From the human T2T-CHM13v2.0 reference genome, Homo sapiens, in NCBI RefSeq assembly GCF_009914755.1, contig NC_060947.1: a stretch of DNA of 64,000 bases. One strand, 5' to 3'. Below, in pieces: positions 1 to 17,165 of this stretch. The notes below the pieces were generated by a model that had not been told where the DNA came from, did no database searches, and saw only the letters and a list, made by a program, of their open reading frames with translations. Positions within the stretch are counted from its first letter, which is position 1. Every line of letters starts with the position of its first letter. Both the position numbers and the translations under genes were made by a program.

Positions 1-43
1 AACAGTGAATTCGTGTTTGGTGCACAACAGTGTTGTGCCATGA

Positions 44-368
<325 letters not shown>

Positions 369-734
369 AATCAAACACTTTTATTACTTACAAAGAAATT
401 TCACCCAATAGTTATCAGCCCCTCACCCTGCAATCCTCTCCCCACCTGAAGCTTCCAGCAAATACCACTCTGCTATCTGTCTCTCTGCCTATTCTGGGCC
501 TTTCATATAAATAGAATCATACAATATGAGACCTTTGTGTCTGTCTTTTTAAACTTAGCATCATGTTTCCAAGTTCATTCATGTTGCAGCATGTGTGAGA
601 GCTCCAGTCTTTTTTATTGTTCAATCATAGTCTGCCGTATGTGTGAGCTACATTTATGTAACTGCATTCGTGCTCCAGTGAATGTTTAAGTTGTTTCTAC
701 TTTTTGGCTCTTGTGCACGAAGCTGCTCTTCATT

Positions 735-1033
<299 letters not shown>

Positions 1034-1094
1034 CCCATGGTGCTGCTATGAATATGGTGTGTACATATCTGTTGGAGTCTCAATTATTTTTTAA

Positions 1095-1522
1095 ATTCTT
1101 TTCATTTTTAGCGATGGGGGTCTCGGTGTGTTGATCGGCAGGCTGGTCTCGAGCTCCTGGTCTGAAGTGACCCTCCCATCTTGGCCTCCCAAAGTGTTAG
1201 GATTACAGGCGTGAGCCATTATGCCCAGCCCCCCGCCCCCTTTTTTTTTTTTTTTTTTTTTTTTTTGAGATGGAATCTCACTCTGTCGCCCAGGCTGGAG
1301 TGCAGTGGCACGGTCTCACCTCACTATAACCTTTGCCTCCCAGATTCAAGCGATTCTCATGCCTCAGCCTCCTGAGTAACTGGGATTACAGGTTTAGATT
1401 TAGTAGAGACAGGATTTCACCATGTTGGCCAGGCTGGTCTTGAACACTCTTGACCTCAGGTGATCTGCACGTCTCTGCCTCCCAAAGTGCTGGGATTACA
1501 GATGTGAGCCACTGTGTCTGGC
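1095..1522 (-). mobile_element. Alu left arm plus adjacent internally deleted Alu
   Basis: Alu motifs on both sides of the poly-T at 1241-1266. Confidence 0.85.
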
Positions 1523-1794
1523 CTCCGATTCTCTTCTGTATTTACCCAGGAGTGGAATTGCTGGTCATGCGGTTGAGACTGTTTCATGTTGGCTGTGCAT
1601 CAGCTTTCAACCTCCATCCCATCCTGGAATAGAGGTACTGGTGGTTTCATAATTATATCTGACCTGTATCAGACCCACTTTTGTTTTTTTGGCTGATTGG
1701 TACTCTTTTTTATATGTCTTTCGTCACATTTTCTTGACACATATCTGGGAATGCTTGACTGTGTGGGGTTGGTTGTGTGGAGTGCTCAAAGTGA

Positions 1795-2118
1795 GAAGAA
1801 AGAAGGAAGGAAGGAACGGAAGATGGGAGGGAGGAAAGATAAAAGGAAGCAAGAGAAAGGAAGAGGGGAAGGAGAAGGAGGAGAAGAGGAAGAGGAAGAT
1901 GAGGGAGAAGGAGATGAAGGAGGAGGAGGAAAAGGAGGAGGAGGAGAAAAAGAAAAAATTGGAGGGAGAAGGAGGAGAAAGAGAAGGAACAATAGGAGGA
2001 GAAGGAGGAGGAGGAATAGAAAGAGGAGGAGAAAAAGAAAGAAAAGTTGGAGGGAGGAGGAGAAAGAGGAGAGAGGAAGAAGGAGCTGGAGGAGGAGGGG
2101 AGGAGGAGGAAGGAAGGG
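1795..2118. repeat. Polypurine (GGA/GAA) low-complexity tract
   Basis: ~320 bp almost entirely A/G on the + strand. Confidence 0.95.
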
Positions 2119-3189
2119 TATTCCCACCCTGAGAACTCTTTTACATTATCCACACAGATTTCTGTGCAGTTATATGATTAATTCAAGGCTCTAATATAAT
2201 GTAGCAAAAAAAAATCAACAAAATAGAAGGTACTCCTGGACACACTTAAGTTTCACAGGTTGGTGTGGGTTCGTGTCTTCTCAGCAGCATGTGAAGGTGT
2301 TAGATGGTTTTTTAAAAAGGAGGAAGAGGAGGAGAATGAGGACGAGGAGGAAGAGAGTGGGGAGGTCTTGCAGCCCAAGAGATGTCTGACATGACCTGGA
2401 AGTTACCGCTGCGCCTGCACCATGGGAAGACTGTTCTGGGTCATCGTTTACCCATTGTTTAGACTTTGATGGCTGTCTATGGAGGTGTCTCCAAGTTCGG
2501 GTAGGGGGGCCTGGCTCTCAGGTCAGGAGGACTCTGGACTAAGTCTTGAATGTTTCCAGGTGCACCCCATACAAAGGGTCTGTCTCAGGACTCCTACAGC
2601 TGAGGGAATTTACAAATTCTTCTTCCCATCTTGGTCTGCTCTGTCTATCCCCCTCACCTGGATGTGTTCCTATACCCATACCCGGTGGCTGTGGTCCAAT
2701 TTTTTTCTAAAAGTTTTCACTAGGAACACATGCTCCAACCCTCATCCAAGGCTAGAATCTTCCCAGCAGTTTCCCAGGGCACCTGCTCTGAGATTTTACC
2801 TCTTGGGGAGAGAAAGGATGAGATTCTAGAGTGTGTGTTTTATTTATTTAATTTTTTTTCTAAAGTGAATTGGAAAACAAAAGAATGAACCTCCTCAAAC
2901 TTCAGTATGGCATGGAGTTGGACTATGACAAGAGAAGCCAGTGGAAGTATAGAGACATCTTGGACTTAAGAAATGCTGTGTACCTATGGTTTGACAGAGA
3001 GTAGTGGATTCCCTGACATTAGCCTGTGTGACCTGAAATAAAGCTGCAGGTGTCCCATGGCTGAGTAGGATGCGGGACGTCTTAGTGGGGGCCACTGAAG
3101 GAAATTCTTAGGTGACAGAGAGTCAGATAGTGGCAGATCAGAAGATTTGGATAGAACCAGGAAACAGACACGTTAAAAAAAATTGCAGT

Positions 3190-4130
3190 AAGAATATCTA
3201 ACATGAGATTTATCCTCTCAAGTTTTTAAGTATGCAATACAGTATTATTATTACTTGTTAACTCTTTAAAACATTTGAATAGTTTTTGGGGAACAGGTGG
3301 TGTTTGGTTACACGTATAAGTTCTTTAGTGGTGATTTCTGAGATTTTGGTGCACCGTCATCTGAGCAGTATACACTGTACCCAGTGTGTCCCCTTTGATC
3401 CCCCACCCCCCTCCCACCCTTCCCCCTGAGTCCCAGAGTCCATTATGCCATTCCTATGCCTTTGCATCCTCATAGCTTAGCTTCTGCTTATAAGTGAGAG
3501 CATACGATGTTTGGTTTTCCATCCCTGAATGACTTCACTTAGAATAATGGTCTCCAATTCCATCCAGCTTGCTGCAATTGCCATTATTTCATTCCTTTTT
3601 ATGGCTGAGTAGTACAGAATACAGTATTATTAACTACAGGCGCAGTGTTGTAGACAGCAGATCAGAACTTATTCGTCTTGTATAACTGAAGCTTTATACC
3701 CACAGAACAACTCCCTACTGCCCCTCCTCGGAGCACCTGGCAACCACCATTCATCCTCTGCTTCTATGAGTTTCATGAGTTTATACTCTGCATATAAGTG
3801 AGACATGGCAGTATTTGTCTTTCTGTGCCTGGCAGATTCTGCTTAGCATAATGTCCTCCAGGTTCATCTGTGTTGTTGCCAATGATTGGTTGCCTTTCTT
3901 TCTTAAAGCTGAATAGGATTCCACTGTATATATGCATGACATTTTCTTTACGCATTCATCCATCCACGGACACTTAGATGGTTTCCATGCCCAGGCTATA
4001 GTGAATGATGCTGCAGTGAACATGGGGGTGCAGATGTCTATTTGAGATCTTGATTTTATTTCATTTGGACAAATACGAGTAGGCTTGCTGGGTCACAGTA
4101 GATTTATTTTTAATTTTTTGAGGAACAGAA
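3190..4130 (-). mobile_element. L1 3-prime fragments (nested)
   Basis: Antisense L1 3-prime UTR motifs such as cttcacttagaataatggtctcc and ttttatggctgagtagta. Confidence 0.8.
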
Positions 4131-4448
4131 AATGGGCATTTTTTAAAACCACATCTGGAAGAGGGGAGGAGCCACAGAGTTCATTTCCAACACCTTCCTG
4201 TATGTTCTTTTCCGGTAGTTGTGCATAGTGTATCATACATAAGTTAGCTGCTTTGCAAACAGTGTGTAGTTCAATCTTCCCTTACCTTTGGAAACAACCT
4301 GGTCTCAAAAAGCTTATCTGTGTTGTCTCTGAAATAACCTTTGGGTGCAGTCTGTACAGTTAAACCATGTGAATTCAGTAACTTGCAGCTAATGCTTTTG
4401 CTATCCTTATAAAATGAGGAGACAGAGGCTTGATCCTGACCTAGCTCT

Positions 4449-4819
4449 TGATATGGTTTGGCTCTGTGTTCTCACCCAAATCCCCTGTTGAATTGTAATT
4501 CCGAATGGTGGGAGGTGATTGGATCATGGGGGCGGATTTCCTCCTTGATGTTCTTGTAGTGAGTGAGTTCTCACAAGATCTGGTTGTTTAAAAATGTGTG
4601 ACACTTCCCCCTTTGTGCACTCTCGCTCTCTCCTGCTGGGCATGTGAAGATTGTGCCTGCTTCCCCTTCGCCTTCCACCATGATTGTAAGTTTTCTGAGG
4701 CCTCCCCACCCATGCCTCCTGTACAGCCTGTGAAGCTGTGAGCCAATTAAACCTCTTTTCTCCATAAATTACTCAGTTTCACGTATGTCTTCATAGCAGT
4801 GTGAGAATGGACGTATACA
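4449..4819 (+). mobile_element. MST-type MaLR solo LTR
   Basis: Starts tgatatggtttggctctgtg; contains tgtgagccaattaaacctcttttc; ends ataca. Confidence 0.85.
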
Positions 4820-4874
4820 GCTCTATTGAGTCCAAGAGTCCCAACTTCAGGCATTCCTGTCTGGGGACAAACAC

Positions 4875-5482
4875 TCACCATATTAGTCTGCTAGGTCCCA
4901 CAGTCCTCAGAAATTTATTTTCTCACAGTTCTGCAGGCCGGAAGTCCAAGAACAGGATGCTGTTAAGATTGGGGTCTAGTGAGGACTCTTTTCCTGGCTG
5001 GCAGATGGCCACCTTCTCACTGTATCCTCACATGGCCTTTCCTTTGTCCTAAAGCAGAAAGGCGGTGGTGGAGATGGAAAGAGAGAGAAAGAGAGAGAAT
5101 GAGGGAACTGTGGTTGTCCAGGGTTGGCAGAAGAAGGAATGGGGAATTGTTTAGTGGGTACAGAGTTTCAGTTATGCAAGACATATAAGCTCTGATCTAC
5201 TGTACAGAATCATGCCTATAGTTAACAATACTCTATTATGTACTTAAGTATTTAAGAGGGTAAATCTCATATTAAGGGTTCTTATCACAATGAGAGAGAG
5301 AGAGAGAGAGAGATCTGTCTTCATCTTCTTATGAGGACACAAGTCCTATAGGATGAGGGCCCCACTCTTATGAGCTCATTGAGTCTTTATTATCTGCTGA
5401 TAGACTCTATCTCCAAATACAGCCACATTAGGGTTAGGGTTTCCCCATATGAATTTTGAAGGGACATGGTTCAGTCTGTAAC
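4875..5482 (-). mobile_element. MLT1-type MaLR LTR with an inserted L1 fragment
   Basis: aatttattttctcacagttctg...gaagtccaag and ctccaaatacagccacatt motifs. Confidence 0.65.
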
Positions 5483-5635
5483 ACCTACTCCAGCCTGGAG
5501 CAATGTGCTCTCTTTCCTTTGGCTGATGGTCTTGATGGAGTAGGAAGAACTTCATCGTCATCCTATACAGCACCTGCAGATGCTGGGACTTCTCTAGTGG
5601 GATGCAGCTTGTTTCCAAAGTAAGTAAGTGGAAGT

Positions 5636-5938
5636 CGGGGCACAGTGGCTCATGCCCATAACCTTAGCTCTCTGGGAGGCTGAGGGCAGAGGATTCCTTG
5701 AGCCCAGGAGTTTGAGACCAGTTTGGACAACATAGTGAGACCCTGTCTTTACCAAAAATTTGAAATTAGCCAGGTATGGTGGTGCATGCCTGTGGTCCCA
5801 GCTACTTGGGAGGCTGGGAGGTGGGAGGATTACTTGTGACTGGGTGTTTGAGGCTGCAGTGAGTTATGATCATGCCACTGCACTCCAGCCTGGGCAACAG
5901 ACGGAGACCCTGCCCCCAATCCCGCCCCCACCAAAAAA
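5636..5938 (+). mobile_element. Alu (AluJ-like)
   Basis: Diverged sense Alu dimer. Confidence 0.88.
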
Positions 5939-5953
5939 AAGTAAGTGAAAACT

Positions 5954-6318
<365 letters not shown>

Positions 6319-6727
6319 TCACCCAGCACTGGAAGCTCTATATGCTTGAGGTACTTTCAGGTGTTTCTGACCACATGATAAGTAGAATTATCTTTTCACA
6401 CCATTGATTGTTACTTCTAGCTGGGATATAATTGGTGTGCCACTTACCTGCACTTTTTTCATGATGAGGCCAATGTTATTATCTTATAAATAAGTATGGA
6501 TCTTAATTGACAAACTTTCTGCTAATTCTATATTACCCTTCCCTTCTACGTCCATCAGGTTTCTATGTTGTCTTCTAGGAAACCCACGAAAGATTGTAAA
6601 GTCAATAAGATTTAAACATCTTTCAAATTCCCAATGGCCAGACAGAAATATTTGTTTGCAAAAATTTCCCCAAAGAGGTGCACAGATAAATCTTTTAAGA
6701 TGAAGCCATGCGAAAATATAAAGGAAG

Positions 6728-7102
<375 letters not shown>

Positions 7103-7125
7103 TTAACTTTCTTTTTAAATTAAAC

Positions 7126-7412
7126 TTTTTTTGGAGATGAGGTCTTGCTCTGTTGCCCAGGCTGGAGTGCAGTTGTGCAATCGTGGTTCACTGCAGCCTT
7201 GGCTGCCTGGGCTGAAGCGATCCTCCCAGCTTAGCCTCCTGAGTTCCTGGGACCACAGGTGTGCTCCACCATACCCACTTAGTTTTTTATTTTTTGTAAG
7301 GTTGGGGTCGTGCTGTGTTGCCCCACTTGTCTTGAGCCCCTGGGCTCTAGTGATCCTTTTACCTTGGCCTCCCAAAATGCTGGGATTACATGCATGAGCC
7401 ACTGTGCCTGGC
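7126..7412 (-). mobile_element. Alu (AluJ-like)
   Basis: Antisense dimer flanked by gctcttaactttt-like TSD. Confidence 0.88.
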
Positions 7413-7471
7413 CCTGGCTCTTAACTTTTGGGGTAACTGAAGTGATGCCCACCGTAGGTTTTGAGACTTAG

Positions 7472-7852
<381 letters not shown>

Positions 7853-8726
7853 TAAAGTGTACAGCTCAGTGAGATTTAGTATGTTCACAACCACGTCTCT
7901 ATCTAGTTCCAGAACATTTTCATATTTCCAAAACGGGACCCTGTACCCACTAGCAGTCACTTCCCATTCCGCCTCCCCAGCCTCTAATGGCCATGTATTT
8001 TCCGTCTCTGTGGATTTGCCTATTTTGGACACTTTATATAAATGGCATCATATAGCACGTGGTCTTTTGTGTCTGACTCGTTTCGCTGAGTGTGCTGTTA
8101 TTCAGGTGCACCCACACTGTAACCTGTTTCCGAGCCGCATTCCTCTCTAGGGTTGCATCATGTTCCCTTGTGTGGATGGACCACGTTGTGTTTTTCTTCA
8201 TCCACTGATGGTCATTTGGGTTGATTCCACTTGAGATGTTTTTTAACCTACGACTCAGGACACCTGGACTAGATTATTCATGATTTCTTCCAGATCTGCG
8301 ATCTTAGATTTAAATAAATAGCAGTGTGCCATTTGGGTCACAGATGTTAGTTCTGTGTGAAACAGATCTATAGATAGGAAGAAGAAGTTTAACGAAGAGA
8401 AGATACAGACGGGCTGTGAAAAGTACCTGGGAAGAAATTGAAACTGCAACAGGGAAATGATGATAAAGTTTTTGGTGTGCAATGGATTATAAAAGGCGCT
8501 ATACAACGGAGAGAATGTGTCCTTATTGTGTTCAGAGGATGAGAAGGTACGCAGGTGTGAGTCTGGCCTTGAATCTTCAACCCACTACTTCATCATTATT
8601 TTATTAAAACAAAACTTCGATGCATTTCAAATCATTGTCTTTTCCACATTAGGTAAAATTACATGCTATTTTTCATTTGAAGTATTTTTGGTTTTTGGTG
8701 GAGTAATGCTCTTATGGGTCTTTCTA

Positions 8727-9178
<452 letters not shown>

Positions 9179-9214
9179 TAAAAATTTAAGTTAAATTAAA
9201 ATTATTTAATTTTT

Positions 9215-9730
9215 AATTTTTTACATGTTTATTTTAGACTCAGGGCTACATGTGCAGGTTTCTGGCCTGGGTATATTGCATGATGCTGAGGTTTGGGCTC
9301 CTAATGGACCTGTCACCCAGGTAGTGAGCCTAGTACCTGGTAAGTACCTTTCCAGCCGCTGTCCCCCTTCCTTCCTCTCCCCTCTAGCAGTCCCCAGAGT
9401 CTATTGTTCCCATCTTTATGTCCATGGGTACTCAATGTTTAGCTCCCACTTGTAAATGAGAAGATGTGCTATTTGACTTTCTGTTCCTGCCTTAATTTCC
9501 TTAGGATGATGGCCTCCAGCTCCATCCATGTTACTGCAAAGGACATGATTTTGTTCTTTTTATGGCTGTGTAGTATTCCTTGGTGTAGAGGTACCATATT
9601 TTCTTTATCCAGTCTGCCATGGATGGGGACCTGGATTGATTCCATGTCTTTGCTATTGTGAATAGTGCTGTGATGAACATATGTGTCCGTGTGTGTTTTT
9701 GGTAGAATGATTTATTTTCCTTTGGGTAGA
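9215..9730 (-). mobile_element. L1 3-prime end (L1PA/PB-like)
   Basis: tacatgtgcaggtt...gatgctgaggtttggg...ggcctccagctccatccatg. Confidence 0.85.
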
Positions 9731-9763
9731 AACTATTTTTTTAACAACTTTATTGAGATATAG

Positions 9764-10177
<414 letters not shown>

Positions 10178-10904
10178 GAGCATTTGATTTCTTTGGTAAG
10201 ACACTTTGTACCCTTTAGCTATAACCACCTTAACACCCCCTGCCCCCATCCCTAAGCAACCACAAATCTACTTTCCATCTTTATAGACTTCCTTGTTTTG
10301 AATTATCCTTTACATGGGATCATACAGAACACAGCGTTTTATGACTGGCTTCCATCACTTAGCAAATTGCCTTCAAGGTTCACTCATGTGGTGGCCTGTG
10401 TCAGAGCTTCAGTCCTTTTTAGGGCTGAAGAATATTCCATGATATGGATGGACCACATTTAGTTTACACATTCATTTGCTGACAGGCCATTTGAGGTTGT
10501 TACCACCTTTAGGCTACCATGAATAATGCTGCTGTGAATGTGTGTTTGAGAGTTTACGTGAGCAGACGTGAGCACATGTTTTCATTTCTCTTGGAGATAT
10601 ACTTCGGAGTGGAAACCCACCATGTTTTAGCTGTGAAATATTAGACTTGTCTTAATGTCTCCAAACTTTTGTTTCCACATTTATAAAATACAGTAGTACT
10701 TTCCTGGTAGGATTTGGGTGGCAATTATATGATTGTAGTTTGCAAAGAAGTTAAGAAGTGGATGGCACATCATGAGTGCTTCAACAATCACAGCTATGGC
10801 TATTATTTGTAAAAATAAATTTGCAGAAAGAGAAAGCCTGTATAGTGAAGGGGCTAGATAAATGTTTGAAAGCACAGAAGAGTTTACCATGGATTCACAT
10901 TCCT

Positions 10905-11945
10905 TTGTTGAGGGTTGAATCATATGCCCAACTAACATATGTTGAAAGCTGAACCCCCAGTACCTGTGAATGGGGCCTTATTTGGAAATCCGGTCTTCAC
11001 AGATGTACTGAAGGATGTGTGTGAAGTAAGTGATGCAGATGTAGGTTAAGGATCTCAAGATGAGCTCATCCTGGATTAGGGTGGGCCCTGAGTCCCCTGA
11101 CAAGTATCCTTTTAAGAGACAGAAGAGGAGACAGGCACAGAGAAGGAGGCCACATAAGAAGGCAGGGACTGGAGTGATGTGGCAGCAAGCCCAGGGACAC
11201 CGGGAGCCCCCAGGAGCTGGAGAGGCAGGAAGGATCCTCCACTTGAGGATCCTAACCCCTTTAAATTCACAGAACCTGTGAATGGGATCTGATTTGGAAA
11301 TAGAGTCTTTACAGATACTATTCGTTAAGGATTCCAAAAGGAGCTTATCCTGGGTTAGGGAGAGTCCTGCATCCAATGACAGGTGTCCTTCTAACAGATG
11401 AAAGAGGAGACACAGACACAGGAGAAGGCCACGTACAGATGGAGGCAGAGACTGGAGCGATGCGGTCATAAGCCCAGGGATGCCTGGAGTCCCCAGGAGC
11501 TGGGAGAGGCAGGAAGGAACCTCCCCTGGAGCCTCCCCTAGAGCCTCCCCCAGAGCCTCCCCCAGAGCCTCCCCTAGAGCCTCCCCCAGACCCTCCCCTA
11601 GAGTTTCCCCCAGAGCCTCCCCTAGAGCCTCCCCTAGAGCCTCCCCCAGAGCCTCCCCTAGAGCTTCCCCCAGACCCTCCCCTAGAGCTTCCCCCAAAGC
11701 CTCCCCTAGAGCCTCCCCTAGAGCCTCCCCCAGAGCCTCCCCCAGAGACTCCTGTACAGCCTCCCCTAGAGCCTCCCCCAGAGCCTCCCCTAGAGCCTCC
11801 CCTAGAGCCTTCGGAGGGAGTGCAGCCCCGACATTCCTTGATTTCAGACTCCTGGCCTCCAGGACCAGGAGACAATCAATTCCGGTTGTTTTAAGCTACT
11901 CAGGTTGTGGTACTGTATTACGGCTGCCTCAGGAAAGTCACTTGG
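10905..11945 (+). mobile_element. MLT1-type MaLR LTR, locally duplicated (two tandem partial copies)
   Basis: atttggaaat...ccaggagctgg..gaggcaggaagg occurs at ~10980-11240 and again at ~11290-11520. Confidence 0.8.
11521..11810. repeat. 12-bp minisatellite (AGAGCCTCCCCY)n, about 24 copies
   Basis: Direct reading; translates as (PRAS)n or (GEAL)n in the ORF track. Confidence 0.95.
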
Positions 11946-11979
11946 GGTAAACACATTTGACACCCAAGAAGTGCTTCCT

Positions 11980-12760
<781 letters not shown>

Positions 12761-12886
12761 AAGGTCTGGCCCAGATAGAATTCATGGAGTGTTTCCTTCC
12801 TTCCTCCTTTACAAAAAGAACATCAAAACAGTAGCAAGATGACACCAATGTTTCCTATCCTCTGGGGTACCCCATTGGAGCTCTGA

Positions 12887-13475
12887 CTTAGTTCATTTGG
12901 ACTGCTATGACAAAATACCATACAGTGAATGGCTTTTAACCCATTTCCCGTTTAGAAAAAAAAAAAAAAAGGTACAGCTTGCTGCCTGCACTCATTTAAT
13001 TTTACATAAACACGCTCGCTCTTTGAGGCTGAAGAAAATCTAATTGATTTTCAATGTGAAAATAAAATGCAAAAATTGTTCTTAGAGTTATTTCTAAACA
13101 GAACTTGTGTCTAATCCTAATGTAAAATCATATACATTTCTGTTGCATTGGGATTAGAGACAAGAGTATTCTCGGGGCAAATGGGAAAGGGGTTAAACAA
13201 AAGACATTTACTGCTCACAGCTCTGGAGTCCAGGATCAAGGTGTGGCAGATTCATTGTCTGGTGAGGGCTTCCTGGTTCATAGACTTGGCACCTTCTCGC
13301 CGTGTCCTCACATGGTGGAAAGGGTGAGAGAGCTCTCTGAGGTCCCTTTTATAAGGGCACTAGTGCCATTCATGAGGCTCCTGACTTCATCACGTTCCAA
13401 AGGCCTCACCTCCTAACACCATCACCTGGGGGGTTCAATTTTGATTTGGGGGTAACATAAATCCTGTCTGTAGCA
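12887..13475 (-). mobile_element. MLT1-type LTR interrupted by MER75-like element
   Basis: ttagttcatttggactgctatgacaaaatacc ... gctcacagctctggag ... ctcacctcctaacaccatcac. Confidence 0.7.
12940..13192. mobile_element. MER75B-like piggyBac non-autonomous DNA transposon
   Basis: TTAA on both flanks (12936-12939, 13193-13196); inverted termini CCCATTTCCCGTTT / AAATGGGAAAGGGG. Confidence 0.8.
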
Positions 13476-13814
13476 AGCTCTATCAATGCAAGTCATTGTT
13501 AGACTACAGATTTCATCAAAATCACTTTGCCCCAATGTTGTACAACTAAGGGAATATTCTTCTTCTCAAAAAAGCATTTTTTTTTTTGGTCTCCCTAAAA
13601 TGGTAACTACTGGTCTGAAAATACTCTTGGTCGACTCATGGATCATGAGTTTTTGGGAAGTGGGCAAGCTACAAAATACAAATCACTAAGTACCAGAAGC
13701 AAAGCCTGAACTTTATCATTTTTAGCTGCCTTTTCACATGGGAGACTGTTGTACATCATTTGCAGGCATGAGTTTTGCGTGAAACTGTGAACCCAACTGC
13801 CTACTTAAAAGTAA

Positions 13815-14457
<643 letters not shown>

Positions 14458-14672
14458 TGATGTGCAATATGATGTTTTGAAATACGTGCACATTGCAGAG
14501 TGGCTAAATTGAACTAATTAACATATGTATCACCTTATATATTTATCTTTTATGTGTGTGATGAGAATATTTAAAATCTGCTGTCAGTGATTTTCAAGTA
14601 TGCAATACATTGTTGTGAACTATAGTCCCCATGTTATACGATGGATCCCTTGAACTTATTCCTCCTAACTCA

Positions 14673-15672
<1,000 letters not shown>

Positions 15673-15892
15673 TTACACCAACTTCGGTACATTCTCAAAC
15701 CTTTTAATCGTTCACCCTTGAAGTACTGGTTTGTCATGTTCTGAAGCTCCCTGTAATGGGATGGGTTTCTGATCACCCTTGGGCTGTATTGGGCTGGCAT
15801 CATTTAAATATCCGGGCATTTAGATTGGTTCCTGATAGGGAAACTTCATGTTTATTTCACATGTAGGCTAATTGTTTGGTCTGCCTGCGAGT

Positions 15893-16072
15893 CCTGAGGA
15901 ATTATTAAGGAAAACCACACCTGTTTCTGCTTTCTCATCCTGAGGAATTATTAAGGAAAACCACACCTGTTTCTGTTTTCTCATCCTGAGGAATTATTAA
16001 GGAAAACCACACCTGTTTCTGCTTTCTCATCCTGAGGCATTATTAAGGAAAACCACACCTGTTTCTGCTTTC
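15893..16072. repeat. 46-bp tandem repeat, about 3.9 copies
   Basis: CCTGAGGAATTATTAAGGAAAACCACACCTGTTTCTGCTTTCTCAT starting at 15893, 15939, 15985 and 16031. Confidence 0.95.
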
Positions 16073-16558
16073 ACTCGCAGTGAGAGAGTTCCTGGGAGAG
16101 ATGCAGTACCCGGAGGGTTCATTATCTGCCCCAGCCCGCTGATGCGCTATCAGCCTGCGGAGGAGGGAGCCCTGGGGCTTCACTAACCACGGGCTGGAGC
16201 TGCCACGCACCAGCTCCAGTGAGATCGGGGTTTTCGTTTTCATCCAACACTTTCAACCCAGTTTCTGATGAAAGGGCTTCTTCCAGTCACCAGAGAAAGT
16301 GAGTTTGTATGTTTTTCCTCCAGAGCATTGCTGCGTGGTTCACAAATAGGGCTGCTTATGACAAAATATTAACTTTGGCAGTTTTGGAGAAAAAGGACAA
16401 ATAATGCATTCCTGGGAGAGGTGTGCAGCACATGGGCTGCGATGGGTCACAGGGACAGGTGCCTGGAAACCAGGGGTCAAAGATGAGCCTCTGAAACGGC
16501 TCTCTTTCTAGTCTGCATGCCCTTCACTGCTCTTCCTTTATAAAGATAACAAGTCTCT

Positions 16559-16705
16559 ATATGTCGTTTTAGAAATTGTGGCAAACACTGTGTGTCGTTT
16601 TAGAAATTGTGGCAAACGCTGTGTGTCGTTTTAGAAATTGTGGCAAATGCTGTGTGTCGTTTTAGAAATTGTGGCAAACACTGTGTATCGTTTTAGAAAT
16701 TGTGG
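16559..16705. repeat. 31-bp tandem repeat, about 4.7 copies
   Basis: TGTGTGTCGTTTTAGAAATTGTGGCAAACAC repeated; runs into an Alu monomer. Confidence 0.93.
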
Positions 16706-17165
16706 CTCACGCCTGTAATCTCAACGCTTTGGGAGGCTAAGGTGGGAAGATTGAGCCCAGGAGTTCAAGACCTGCCTGGCCCACATAGAAAGACACCATC
16801 TCAAAAAAAAATTGTGTGGCAAAGTATACATAAGACAAAACTGACCATTTTAGCTATTTTCAAGTGTACAGTTGAGTGGCATTAAGTGCACTCATATTGT
16901 GCATCTGTCACCACCATCCACCTCTGGAAATTCATCTTCCCACCTGAAACTCTGTCCCCTAGTAACCACCATTCTACTTTCTGACTCCATGAATTTGCCT
17001 ACTCTAGAGGTACTGATATACGTGAAATCATACAATATATGTCCTTTAGAGTGTATTTCTTTTTTTAAAAAAATGTCAACTTTTATTATAGATTCAGGGG
17101 GCACATGTGTGGGTTTGTTACATGGATATAATGCGTGATGCTGAGGTCTGGTGTATGAACGATTC

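Noticed and set aside
1689-2194. Lys/Glu/Arg-rich and Ser/Leu-rich ORFs
   Set aside because: Produced by the polypurine low-complexity tract
10978-11950. 239-aa GEAL-repeat and 156-aa PRAS-repeat ORFs
   Set aside because: Stop-free 12-bp minisatellite inside an LTR
15893-16705. Short direct-repeat arrays resembling CRISPR
   Set aside because: Head-to-tail units with no unique spacers, in eukaryotic DNA with no cas genes
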